In this document: one piece after another, positions 45,058 through 54,567 of the stretch
Numbering within the stretch: the stretch's first letter is position 1
Layout: every line of letters starts with the position of its first letter
Origin: an uncultured Acidobacteriota bacterium
GTDB lineage: Bacteria; Acidobacteriota; Thermoanaerobaculia; UBA5066; Gp7-AA6
DNA: 64,000 bases
Assembly (NCBI GenBank): GCA_963736455.1
Contig: CAVTON010000001.1
Coordinates: 778,270 to 842,269, forward strand
Direction of reading: 5' to 3'
Position numbers and translations under genes: made by a program
The notes under the pieces: model-generated
The model's database searches: none
Told to the model about the DNA's origin: nothing
Seen by the model: the letters and a program-made list of their open reading frames with translations, nothing else

Positions 45058-46136
45058 AGATCGTCCGCGCCACGAGCCGGCTCGAGGAGTTTCCGCTCAC
45101 GCGCCCCTACGCGATCGCCGGACAGCCGCCCCTCGCGTCGGTCGGCAACGTCTTCGTCCGGATCGAGACGGACTCGGGCCTCGTCGGTCTCGGCGCCGGC
45201 TCGCCCGGGGAGCACGTCACGGGCGAGAACCTGGAGACCTGCCGCGCCGCGCTCTCGGACGGCCGCCTCGACTGGCTCGTCGGCCGCGACGCCCGCGGGT
45301 TTCGCGCGCTTTGCCGCGAGGCGGCCGGACGCACGCCCGGCGCGCCCGCGGCCCGCGCCGCCGTGGACATCGCGCTCCACGACCTCGCCGCCCGCCACCT
45401 CGACCTGCCGCTCGCCGACCTGCTCGGGAGAGCCCACGAGGCGATGCCGACCTCCATCACGATCGGCATCAAGCCGGTCGCGGAAACCCTCGCCGAAGCC
45501 GACGAGTACCTCGGCCGCGGATTCCGCGTCCTGAAGGTGAAGATCGGAGACGCGCTGGACGCCGACATCGAGCGGCTGACGAAGCTGCGCGAGCGAGCCG
45601 GTGCGGGCCCCGCGATCCGCGTGGACGCCAACGTCGGCTACACGATCGAGGAGACCGCCCGCTTCTTCGAACGAACCTCGTCGCTTTCGATCGAGCTCGT
45701 GGAGCAGCCCGTGCCGCGCGAGGCGTTCGAGCAGATCCGGACGCTGACCCCGCGGCGGCGCGCCCGGATCGCCGCCGACGAGAGCCTCCACGACGAGCGG
45801 GACGCGCTGGCGCTCGCCTCGCCGCCCGGCGAACCGGCGTGCGGGATCTACAACATCAAGCTCATGAAGTGCGGCGGCGTCCGGCCGGCGATGCGCATCG
45901 CCGCGATCGCCGAGACCGCGGGCGTCTCCCTGATGTGGGGCTGCATGGACGAGAGCCGCGTTTCGATCGCGGCGGCGCTCCACGCCGCCTTCGCCTCCCC
46001 CGCCACGCGGTTCCTCGACCTCGACGGCTCGCTCGATCTCGCCCGCGACCTCGCGACCGGAGGCTTCACGCTCGAAGACGGCGTGATGCGCACGACCGAG
46101 GCGCCGGGACTGGGGGTCCGGGAGGTCGAATCGTGA
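45054..46136 (+). CDS. Enolase-superfamily dipeptide epimerase (L-Ala-D/L-Glu epimerase-like)
   Basis: GTG start overlapping the DUF1611 stop (GTGA). Metal-ligand blocks IRVDANVGYT ... ELVEQP ... IAADES ... IKLMKCGG (the catalytic Lys); 360 aa. Confidence 0.8.
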   Translation: MKIVRATSRLEEFPLTRPYAIAGQPPLASVGNVFVRIETDSGLVGLGAGSPGEHVTGENLETCRAALSDGRLDWLVGRDARGFRALCREAAGRTPGAPAARAAVDIALHDLAARHLDLPLADLLGRAHEAMPTSITIGIKPVAETLAEADEYLGRGFRVLKVKIGDALDADIERLTKLRERAGAGPAIRVDANVGYTIEETARFFERTSSLSIELVEQPVPREAFEQIRTLTPRRRARIAADESLHDERDALALASPPGEPACGIYNIKLMKCGGVRPAMRIAAIAETAGVSLMWGCMDESRVSIAAALHAAFASPATRFLDLDGSLDLARDLATGGFTLEDGVMRTTEAPGLGVREVES

Positions 46137-46266
46137 CGTCCGGGAAATCCAGGGCGCGGCCGCGGCGTTTCGAATACACTCCGTCGGTCTTGCCGGAGAC
46201 TGCGGACTGATCAATACCAAGCTCGCGAACCGCTACGAGATCCTCGGGGAGCTCGGGCGCGGTGGA

Positions 46267-49200
46267 ATGGGCGTCGTCTACCGCGCCCGCGATCCGCTGC
46301 TGAATCGGGAGGTGGCGGTCAAGCTGATTCCCTCGGCGGACCTGACCCCCGAGCTCGAGGAGCGGTTTCAGCGCGAGGCGCAGCTGGTCGCGCAGATGGA
46401 CCATCCCTCGATCGTTCCGATCTACGACCTCGGACGTCACGAGGGCTCCCTCTTCTTCGTCATGCCGGTGGCGAGCGGCACCAACCTGCTGCGCCTGATC
46501 CGGGACCAGTCCCTGCACCTCGGCGAGGTCGTCGACCTCGGCATTCAGGCCGCCGAAGCGCTCGACTACAGCCACTCGCGGGGCGTCGTGCACCGCGACA
46601 TCAAGCCCGCCAACATCATGGTCACCCGCGACGACGGTGCGAGCGTGCGGGTCCGCGTCATGGATTTCGGCCTCGCCCACTCCTCGACGGAGTCGCGGCT
46701 GACAAAAACGGGCACGCTCGTCGGAACGGTCGCGTACCTTTCGCCGGAGCAGGTCGCCTCGAGGGCCTTCGACGGCCGCTCCGACATCTACTCGCTCGGC
46801 GTCGTGCTCTACGAGTGCCTCATCGGCGAGCCGCCGTTCACCGGCGAGGTGCAATCCATCCTGTACCGCATCGTCCACGAGATTCCTCAGCCGCCGCGGG
46901 CCCTCGGGGCCGAGATCCGGGAGGAGCTGCAGGACATCATCCTGCGCTGCCTGGAAAAGGATGCCGCCCGGCGGCCGCAGAAGGCGGGCCAGGTCGCCGA
47001 CGCCCTGAGGCGCCACAAGTCGAGCCTCGCGACGGACGAGTTCCGGATGTCGGTCGCCCTCTCCGCGAGCCGGACGATCTCGCGGCCGGCCCTCTCGCTG
47101 TTCATCGGGCGCGAGAAGGAGTTCGCGGAGCTGCAGCGCCGCCTGAACGCCGCCCTGTCGGGCGACTGTCAGTTCGCCGTGGTGGCGGGAGAACCGGGAA
47201 TCGGGAAGACGCGCCTCCTCGAGGAGCTCAAGAACCTCGCGCAGGCGCGCAAGATACGCGTTCTCTACGGGAGGTTCGTCGAGCAGGACCGGTCCTTCTC
47301 GTATCAGGGATTCTCCGAGATCATCCAGGATTACTTCCGCTCGCGCGACGCGAACTCGCCGGGAGAGCGGCCCGACTTCTCGGATCTCGCCGCCGACCTG
47401 ATCGCTCTGTTCCCGCAGCTCTCCGAGGTCTCCGAATTGCGCGCCGCCGTCGGCGGCGACTCGCGAATCGCGGTGCCCGCCGCCGAGCGGAAGGTCGAGG
47501 ATCGCATCCAGATCTTCGAGCTGCTCGCCCGGACGATGGCGCGCATCGCTGGCGGCAAGCCCCTCGTCCTCATCCTCGAGAATCTCCACGGGGCCGAGAT
47601 TTCGATCGAGGCCCTGCAGTACGTCGTCCGCCGGCTCGGGCCCACGCCGACGCTGATCGTCGGCAGCTATCGCCAGACCGAAACGGATCGCCGGCACCCG
47701 TTGACGAAGATGCTCGACTCCTTCGTCGACGATCCCCGTTTCGTCTCCCTGACGCTTCCGCCCTTCTCGCCGTCGGAGCATCGGGCCCTGGTCGAGTCGC
47801 TCGTCGGCGCCCCGAGGGTCTCGGACGAGCTGGCTCTCAGGCTGCGCGACGCGACCGAGGGGAATCCCTTCTTCACGAAGGAGCTCATCCGCTCCCTCGT
47901 CGAGTCGGGAGGCATCGCGCGCGACGACACCGGCGGCTGGAGCTTCTCGAAGGAGGCGGAGATCTCGGCCGACGCCCTGCCGGCGACGATCCAGCAGGCC
48001 GTCGAGAAGCGCGTCGAGCGGCTGCCGGAAGAGCTGCGCGACCTTCTCTCGATTGCCTCCGTCCTGGGGAAGTCGTTCGACTCCCGCGACCTCGAGACCA
48101 TGGCCGAAGGAGCGAAGGGAATCGAGGACTCGATCGACCGGCTGATTCTCGAGGGCATCCTGGAGGAGGACCGCGAATCCCGCGGCGACCGGCTGACGTT
48201 CGCCAGCGGCATCGTCCGCGACGTTCTCTACGGAGCCCTCTCGCGCCGGCGGCGGAGGTCCCTCCATCGCAAGTACGCCGAGCTCATCGAGCAGCGCTCG
48301 GCCGGCCGGCTCGAGCGCGTCTACCCGGAGCTCGTCCACCACTACTGGCAGGGCGACGTGCCGGAGAAGACCGTCGACTACGCGTTGAAGCTCGCGCGGA
48401 AGTCGCTCGACACCTTCAACCCGGAAGACGCGATCCGCGTCGCGAAGATCGCGCTCGAATTCCTCGAGGACGAGGACTGGTCGGGGGACGCGTCCCTCGA
48501 GGGCGAGGCGCGCCTGATGCACGCCCAGGGCCTGCGCATGACCGGAAACGTCGACGGCGCCCTGCGCGAGGCGGAGGCCGCCGCGAAGGTGTTCGACGCG
48601 GCCAGACAGCCGGCCCGATCGGTCGCGGCCACCCTGTTCGCCGCCGAGGCCGCGTGGCAGGCGCGCCGGATCGACGACGCCCGGCGCTGGGTCGAGCGGG
48701 GGATCGACGCCGCTCGCTCGGCGAATGAAAACGGCGCCCTCGTCAAGCTGCTGTCTCTCGGGGCGACCGTCGCGAACCTTCGCGGCGAGCACGCGCGAGC
48801 GACGGCGTACCAGGCCGAGATGGGAGCCCTGGCGCCCGGAGAGCCGTCGCCCGGCGAGGAGGAGATTCCGCGCGGCGGCACGCTCATCGTGGCCATGCCG
48901 AGCCCCGTGGCCGCGACCGAGCCGGCGATCTACGACACGACCGAGGAGCACGAAGTCCTCGCCAACGTCTTCGAGACCCTGGTCACCGTCGACCCCCAGG
49001 GAAACCTGGCCCCCCAGCTCTGCGAGCGCTGGACCATGCTGAACGGCGGCGGCGCGATGGAGCTTCACCTGAGGCGAGGCGTTCTCTTCTCGGACGGATC
49101 CGTGCTGAACGCGGCCGCCGCAAAGTCCGCCCTCGAGCGCTCGATCCGGCTGTCGCGCGAAGTCCTGCCGGCCGCGTTCACCGCCGTCGAGGGGGTGGGC

Positions 49201-51885
49201 GACTTTCTCGACGGAAAGGCTCCGGCCGTTTCCGGGATCGAAGCGGCCTCCGACGACGTGCTCCGCATCCGGCTCGTCCATCCCGTACCGATTCTGCCGT
49301 CCCTGCTGACGGACGGCCGCACCGCGATCGCGGCGGCCGGAGCGGGAGGTCCGGGCCCGCCGCTCGGAACGGGCCCCTTCCAGCTCGCCTCGCATTCGCC
49401 CGAGGCGACCGTGCTCGAGCGCAACCCGCGGTACTGGAAACCTCCCGGACCGCCGCTCGACCGCATCGAGTTTCGAGCTTCCATGTCGCCGGCCGAGATC
49501 GCCGAGGGAATCCGGACGGGGCGGATCGACGTCGCCCGCGACCTGCTCCCCCAGGATCTCGAAAGCCTCCTGCGGGAGCCTCGCCTGAGGGGCGGCCTGG
49601 TGGAGACGATCAAGAAGAACGCGTACTTCGCGGTCTTTCACCAGGCGGGCGTGGCGGGCTCGAATCCCGCCCTGCGGGCGGCCCTCGCGGGACTCGCGCG
49701 GACACAGGATTTCGTCTGGGGCGCTCTCGGACGCTTCGCGCTGCCCGCGACGGGCGTCATTCCGCCCGGGATCCTCGGCCATGACCCCGGCCGCCGCCAA
49801 CCTCACCTCCCGCGCGAGAAGGCGCTCGAGATGATTCGCTCGGCGGGCTTCGCGGGACCCGTGCGTTTGCGAGCGGTGATCCATCCCATCCTGCAGAACC
49901 AGTACGCGGCCCTCACGCAGGCGCTCCTGCGCCTGTGGTCCGACGTGGGCGTCGAGGTCGAGGTGGCGACGACGGCCATGCCCGCCTACCTCGACGCCTG
50001 GAACGCCGCCTCGGGCGTCGACCTGCTCATCGGACGCTGGATCGCCGACTACGACGACCCGGACAACTTCACGCACAACCTCTTCCATTCGGTCAACGGC
50101 CGGCTGCGGACATACTTCTCCTCTCCGGAGATGGACCAGCTGCTCGAAGAAGCCCGCGCCGAGCCTCGGTCCGCCGCGCGCGAGACCCTGTACCGGAGAA
50201 TCGAGCACAGCCTTCTCGATCCGGGAATCCTCATCCCTCTCTTCCACGACGTCGCCTACCGCATCGCGAGCCCGGCCGTCCGAGGAATTCAGCTGCACAC
50301 GACCGCGCCCTACGTCAACTACGCCGAACTCGGGAAGGCCTCGGCGGCGCCCGCGGCGGAAGCGCCGGAACACGGGATCGGGGGCGGGGTCCTGCACGTC
50401 CCGATCCAGGGGGTCGTCCGCAGCCTCGACATCTCGTTGACGAGCACCGTCGAGCAGGCCGACGTTCTGCCGAGCATCTTCGAGACGCTGACCTGGGCCA
50501 TCGAAGGAACCCGCATCGTGCCCTGGCTCGCCTCGGAGGTCCTCATGGAGAACGGAGGCTCGCGCTTCCGGATCCGCCTCCAGTCGGGTGTGCGATTCCA
50601 TGACGGGCGCCGGCTCACGGCTCGCGATGTCCGCCACTCCTGGGAGCGCCTGCTCCTGAGTCCGGCGAGCGAGAGCCGCTACGTCCTCTCGGTCATCCGG
50701 GGCGCCGGGCGCCTCCTCGACGCAACGGCCTCGGACCTCGCCGGGTTCCACATCCTGTCGCCGACGGAATTCGTGGTGGATCTCGACAACCCGGTCCCCT
50801 TCTTCCCGGCGATGATCTCGTACGCCGCCACGGCCATCGTTCCGGAAGGAACCGCGGCGATCGGCCCGAGCGTCCGCGAGGGCGCCATCGGCACCGGCGC
50901 CTTCCGAGTCGTCAGCTTCGAGCCGGGCCGGCGCCTCGAGCTCGAGCGCAACCCCCATTACTGGCGCGCCGACCGCCCGCGCGCCGACGGCGTAGTCTTC
51001 CACCTCGGTCTGCCGCCCGAAGAGGTTCGCAACGAGTTCCTGGCCGGCCGGCTCTCGATCGCGCGCGACCTGCTTCCGGCCGACGCGGAGGCCTTTCGTC
51101 ACGATCCGCGGTTCGCTTCCGGCTATCGCGAGAGCCCTCGCCTCACGACGTACATCGTGACGTTCAGCACCCGCCGCGGTCCGCTGCGCGACGCCGAGGC
51201 ACGCCGCGGCGTGCTTCGAGCGCTCAAGACGGCCGGGCTCGTGCGCCGCACCCTCGGACGCCTGGCGATCCCGGCGCACGGCCTGATTCCGCCGGGCCTT
51301 CTCGGCTACTCGGCCAGCCCGCCGGATTCCGGCCGGCGCGCGGCCGGCGACTCGTCCCCCTCGGACAGCTCGGTCGAGGCCACGGTCTCGCGCGAGACCG
51401 TCGACCTGGCGGCCGCGGTGCACCCGATCTTCTTCGGCGAGTTCGCGAATTACTTCAAGGAGCTCAATGAGGCGTTCCGGGAGATCGGCTATCGCCTCCG
51501 GCCGGCCAACCAGACCATGGCCGAATACCTCAAGCTCTCCGATGCGGGTGATGCGGACGTCGACGTCGGCCGCTGGACGGCGGACTACCCGGATACGGAC
51601 ACGTTCGCGTTCGGCTGCCTCCACACCTCGTCGGGGGCGTACCGGAATTACCTCGGGTCACCGGAGCTCGATCGCCTCGCGGAACGGGGGCGCGTCGAGA
51701 TCGACCCGCGCGTGCGGCACTCGGTGTACCGGCAGGTCGAGGAGCTGATCGCGCGGGACGCTCTCATGCTGCCGCTCTTCCACGATCAGGTCTATTGCTT
51801 CGCTCGGCCCGAGCTCCAGGGCCTGACCACGATCGGCCAGTCGAACGCCGTCATCCCCTACGAAGACCTCTGGATCCGGCGCTGA
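46267..51885 (+). CDS. Multidomain Ser/Thr protein kinase - STAND/AAA ATPase - TPR-like region - 2x SBP_bac_5 (OppA/DppA-like solute-binding) domains (1872 aa; true start probably about 60 nt upstream)
   Basis: Kinase: GRGGMGVVYRARD...AVKLI...HRDIKPANIMV...DFGLA...GTVAYLSPE. Walker A: VVAGEPGIGKTRLLEEL. SBP5 #1 from about 48875 (GGTLIVAMPS...MELHLRRGVLFSDGSVLNAAAAKSALERSI). SBP5 #2 from about 50383 (FRIRLQSGVRFHDGRRLTARDVRHSWERLL). The upstream in-frame sequence INTKLANRYEILGELGR (46210-46266) continues the kinase N-terminus but contains no ATG/GTG/TTG (only CTG at 46207). Confidence 0.8.
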   Translation: MGVVYRARDPLLNREVAVKLIPSADLTPELEERFQREAQLVAQMDHPSIVPIYDLGRHEGSLFFVMPVASGTNLLRLIRDQSLHLGEVVDLGIQAAEALDYSHSRGVVHRDIKPANIMVTRDDGASVRVRVMDFGLAHSSTESRLTKTGTLVGTVAYLSPEQVASRAFDGRSDIYSLGVVLYECLIGEPPFTGEVQSILYRIVHEIPQPPRALGAEIREELQDIILRCLEKDAARRPQKAGQVADALRRHKSSLATDEFRMSVALSASRTISRPALSLFIGREKEFAELQRRLNAALSGDCQFAVVAGEPGIGKTRLLEELKNLAQARKIRVLYGRFVEQDRSFSYQGFSEIIQDYFRSRDANSPGERPDFSDLAADLIALFPQLSEVSELRAAVGGDSRIAVPAAERKVEDRIQIFELLARTMARIAGGKPLVLILENLHGAEISIEALQYVVRRLGPTPTLIVGSYRQTETDRRHPLTKMLDSFVDDPRFVSLTLPPFSPSEHRALVESLVGAPRVSDELALRLRDATEGNPFFTKELIRSLVESGGIARDDTGGWSFSKEAEISADALPATIQQAVEKRVERLPEELRDLLSIASVLGKSFDSRDLETMAEGAKGIEDSIDRLILEGILEEDRESRGDRLTFASGIVRDVLYGALSRRRRRSLHRKYAELIEQRSAGRLERVYPELVHHYWQGDVPEKTVDYALKLARKSLDTFNPEDAIRVAKIALEFLEDEDWSGDASLEGEARLMHAQGLRMTGNVDGALREAEAAAKVFDAARQPARSVAATLFAAEAAWQARRIDDARRWVERGIDAARSANENGALVKLLSLGATVANLRGEHARATAYQAEMGALAPGEPSPGEEEIPRGGTLIVAMPSPVAATEPAIYDTTEEHEVLANVFETLVTVDPQGNLAPQLCERWTMLNGGGAMELHLRRGVLFSDGSVLNAAAAKSALERSIRLSREVLPAAFTAVEGVGDFLDGKAPAVSGIEAASDDVLRIRLVHPVPILPSLLTDGRTAIAAAGAGGPGPPLGTGPFQLASHSPEATVLERNPRYWKPPGPPLDRIEFRASMSPAEIAEGIRTGRIDVARDLLPQDLESLLREPRLRGGLVETIKKNAYFAVFHQAGVAGSNPALRAALAGLARTQDFVWGALGRFALPATGVIPPGILGHDPGRRQPHLPREKALEMIRSAGFAGPVRLRAVIHPILQNQYAALTQALLRLWSDVGVEVEVATTAMPAYLDAWNAASGVDLLIGRWIADYDDPDNFTHNLFHSVNGRLRTYFSSPEMDQLLEEARAEPRSAARETLYRRIEHSLLDPGILIPLFHDVAYRIASPAVRGIQLHTTAPYVNYAELGKASAAPAAEAPEHGIGGGVLHVPIQGVVRSLDISLTSTVEQADVLPSIFETLTWAIEGTRIVPWLASEVLMENGGSRFRIRLQSGVRFHDGRRLTARDVRHSWERLLLSPASESRYVLSVIRGAGRLLDATASDLAGFHILSPTEFVVDLDNPVPFFPAMISYAATAIVPEGTAAIGPSVREGAIGTGAFRVVSFEPGRRLELERNPHYWRADRPRADGVVFHLGLPPEEVRNEFLAGRLSIARDLLPADAEAFRHDPRFASGYRESPRLTTYIVTFSTRRGPLRDAEARRGVLRALKTAGLVRRTLGRLAIPAHGLIPPGLLGYSASPPDSGRRAAGDSSPSDSSVEATVSRETVDLAAAVHPIFFGEFANYFKELNEAFREIGYRLRPANQTMAEYLKLSDAGDADVDVGRWTADYPDTDTFAFGCLHTSSGAYRNYLGSPELDRLAERGRVEIDPRVRHSVYRQVEELIARDALMLPLFHDQVYCFARPELQGLTTIGQSNAVIPYEDLWIRR

Positions 51886-51897
51886 GAGGCGGCGAGG

Positions 51898-54471
51898 CTA
51901 GTCCGGAGAGGTCCCGCTCCGGATCCGCAGCGATCCCTCCTCGACCCAGTGGGCGAGCACTCGGCGGATGCGGTAGGAGTCGCTCGCCACGACCGCCTCG
52001 CAATCGACCGGGGTCGCGCCCTGGCTCACCCGCTCCCAGAGCGCCTGCAGAACGCTGCCGTCCTTCTCGCCGGGGAACGGAGTGGCCGCAACCCCCGTCC
52101 GCTCCAGCCGGACCGCGTCGGGCACCAGCACGGCGGCCTCCTGGAATTCGTCGTACCGGCGCATCGCCTCGAGGGTGAGCGGAAGAACCTCGCGGACCGC
52201 TTCCGCCGACGGGGGCGGCTCGCCTTTGACGAAGCTGAACTGGCCCGGAACGGGTTTTTCGAAGAGCTGGTAGAAGGCGTTTTCGCCCTGCAGGTGTCCG
52301 CGGCGGATGTCTGTCAGCTTTCCTCCGCGCAGTGCGATGCGGGCGAAGACGTCGCCGCCTTTCGGCCCTCGCAGCGTCAACGACCCGGAGGCGGAAGACT
52401 CGGCCAGGCTCTGCAGCAACGCGGGCAGGCCGAACACCTCGAGATCGCCCTGGAGGCTCGCGGCGGAGGCTTCGGGCGCTCCCGGAGCGGCCGGGACGGT
52501 CTCGGCGGCGGCGGGCTCCGCGGGCTTTGGCCGATCGAACCCCGAGAGCGCTTTCTTTGCGGCGCGTCCCGCGTCCTGCGCGCCGAACCGCGAGGCCATT
52601 TCCTCGAGCGCACGGCGGACGGAGGGCGCCGGCGTGCTCGCCAGCGCTTCTACGATGCGCACCAGGTTCTGATCGTTCTGCCGCAGCGTCATGCCGAGAA
52701 GCTTGAACGGGAGATTCGCCTTCAGGAGCGCGAGCAGCTGGTCGACGGTCTCGGTGTCCTCCGACATGTCCTGCCCGCCGAGCTCGGAGAGCCGCGCGAC
52801 CGTGTCCCCGAGCTGGGGCTGCTTGCGCCCGGCGTGGTCGATGAGCGCCCGGCGGGCTCGCGGGGCGGGAAGCTTGCCGAGCGTCGCGGCGACCCGGTCG
52901 AGCAGGGCCCGCAGGTCCTTGGCCTCGTACGGCGCGCCCTCGGGCTCGGCGAGCATGCCCTCGAGCTCGAAGAGCATCTGGGTCAGACCCTGCTCGGCGC
53001 GTTCGTCCTTGTACTGGGCGAGGGTCGCAACGGCTTCCTTGACCAGGACGAGGGGCAGGCCGAGCTGCGCGTGGCGCAGGACCACGTCGCTCTCTTCCTC
53101 GAAAGAGGCCTCGGGACTCTTCGGGATGCGGCGCAGGAGGTAAACGAGGTTGCGGCGGTAGAACCACTCCTCGTCGTCGACGGCCCGGGAAGGAACCCGG
53201 CTCAGCTCATGGTAGGCGGTCGCGCGGGCCGCCGCACCGTGGACCTCGAGCAACGCGAGGATCAGCCGGCGGCGGTCGCGCTTCTGCTCGCGGCGCAGCT
53301 CCTCGAGCAGGCCCTCCGGGCGAAAGGCGGTGAAGAACTGGAGGACCTTGCGCAGCAGCGAGTGCTGCTCCGGTTTCTCGGTGAACTTGCGCAGCTGCTC
53401 GCCGTCGAGCGTGTCTCCGAGCCGCCGGCGGACCAGCTCGACCGTTCCCGCATCCACCTTCTTCTCCGACGTCAGCCGGTCGGCGAGCTCGAGCATCGAG
53501 ACGGCCTGGGGGAGCGAGCCTTCGTTGAAGCGATCGATGCCCGCCCGGACCATCTCCTGGAAGCGCTTCCCGGCCTCGACGGGATCCTCGGCGTCGGCGA
53601 TGATGCGCCGCATCGCGCCGAGCGCCCCGGACTCGGGGACGGATGGCGCGCCCGCGGCGGAGGGCAAGGCCGGCATCACCCAGCCCGGGAGGGTCTGCGA
53701 GAGCGCCCGGAAGATGCTGTCGGTTCCCGCCTCGAGGCCCATCTGCTTCAGACGCGCGAGGTGCGCTTCGAGCTCCCCGGCCGAATGCGCGCTGCGTGCC
53801 GCGAAGGCCAGGGCCTCGCTCGCGCCGGGAGCGAGGGGGACGGGCGCGCCCGCGGGGACGACCGAGCCGAGCGCGGAGGCCGGAGCCGCCGCTCCCCCGG
53901 CCGGCCTCGCGAGGCCGCCCTGCGCCTCCAGGCGCTCCAGCACCAGGGAAAAGCGATGCAGCGTGTCGGCCTGCGTCTCTGCCGAGCCGGACGGCGCGGC
54001 GGAGCCCGCCGCGGCGGCGGAGGCGCTCGAGCGAGGCCCGCTGCCTTCGGTCGGCGCCTGTCGAAAGATGTTCTGAGCCTGGGAGATCGATGCCGGAGCT
54101 TCTCCGAGCCGCCCGAGGTTCTCGAGAAGCATCGCCCGGTCCTCCGCCGGGCACAACTGGAGGATCAGCGGACGCAGACCCGCCAGATAGGCCTCCAGGG
54201 GCTCGCGGGGCACGAGCCGGAACTCCGCCATCATCTGGATCTTCTTGAGCGTGTGGAACAGGTAGTCGGACACCGGAACGGCCGCGGCGCTGCCCCTCCG
54301 ATACTGCGCGCCCGTCCACGCCCGGATCGCGTCGGCGACGACGTCGGGCGGATATTTCATGAGCAGCTGCACCGAGTCCGCCACGATCAGGGGCGCGACC
54401 GCATCGGACAGGTACTGCTGCAGCTCGATCAGAGCCTCCTGCAGCTCCGGATTGGGCGGCTGGGCCGACAA
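51898..54471 (-). CDS. Large hypothetical protein with C-terminal DUF4388-like domain
   Basis: 857 aa; low-complexity Ala/Pro-rich middle; C-terminus GDLEVFGLPALLQSLAESSASGSLTLRGPKGGDVFARIALRGGKLTDI...GENAFYQLFEKPVPGQFSF matches the DUF4388 pattern. Confidence 0.5.
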   Translation of the reverse strand: MSAQPPNPELQEALIELQQYLSDAVAPLIVADSVQLLMKYPPDVVADAIRAWTGAQYRRGSAAAVPVSDYLFHTLKKIQMMAEFRLVPREPLEAYLAGLRPLILQLCPAEDRAMLLENLGRLGEAPASISQAQNIFRQAPTEGSGPRSSASAAAAGSAAPSGSAETQADTLHRFSLVLERLEAQGGLARPAGGAAAPASALGSVVPAGAPVPLAPGASEALAFAARSAHSAGELEAHLARLKQMGLEAGTDSIFRALSQTLPGWVMPALPSAAGAPSVPESGALGAMRRIIADAEDPVEAGKRFQEMVRAGIDRFNEGSLPQAVSMLELADRLTSEKKVDAGTVELVRRRLGDTLDGEQLRKFTEKPEQHSLLRKVLQFFTAFRPEGLLEELRREQKRDRRRLILALLEVHGAAARATAYHELSRVPSRAVDDEEWFYRRNLVYLLRRIPKSPEASFEEESDVVLRHAQLGLPLVLVKEAVATLAQYKDERAEQGLTQMLFELEGMLAEPEGAPYEAKDLRALLDRVAATLGKLPAPRARRALIDHAGRKQPQLGDTVARLSELGGQDMSEDTETVDQLLALLKANLPFKLLGMTLRQNDQNLVRIVEALASTPAPSVRRALEEMASRFGAQDAGRAAKKALSGFDRPKPAEPAAAETVPAAPGAPEASAASLQGDLEVFGLPALLQSLAESSASGSLTLRGPKGGDVFARIALRGGKLTDIRRGHLQGENAFYQLFEKPVPGQFSFVKGEPPPSAEAVREVLPLTLEAMRRYDEFQEAAVLVPDAVRLERTGVAATPFPGEKDGSVLQALWERVSQGATPVDCEAVVASDSYRIRRVLAHWVEEGSLRIRSGTSPD

Positions 54472-54567
54472 GCTCTCTCCGTGTCTCTTCTTAGTCTAAC
54501 TCAAAGAGAGCGAAGAAGATAGACGTCGAACCGGAAATCGAAGCCGGACGCAGCGGCCCGCGGAAGT

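Noticed and set aside
46066-51624. 1852-aa minus-strand ORF (also 51949-54522 +, 56458-58701 -, 36765-39257 -, 36767-39355 +, 39717-42107 +, 42035-43813 +, 43369-44946 -, 31561-33339 -, 60776-62599 -, 62250-63863 -, 61994-63202 +)
   Set aside because: All are antisense or alternative frames of confidently identified genes; compositionally biased translations without motifs.
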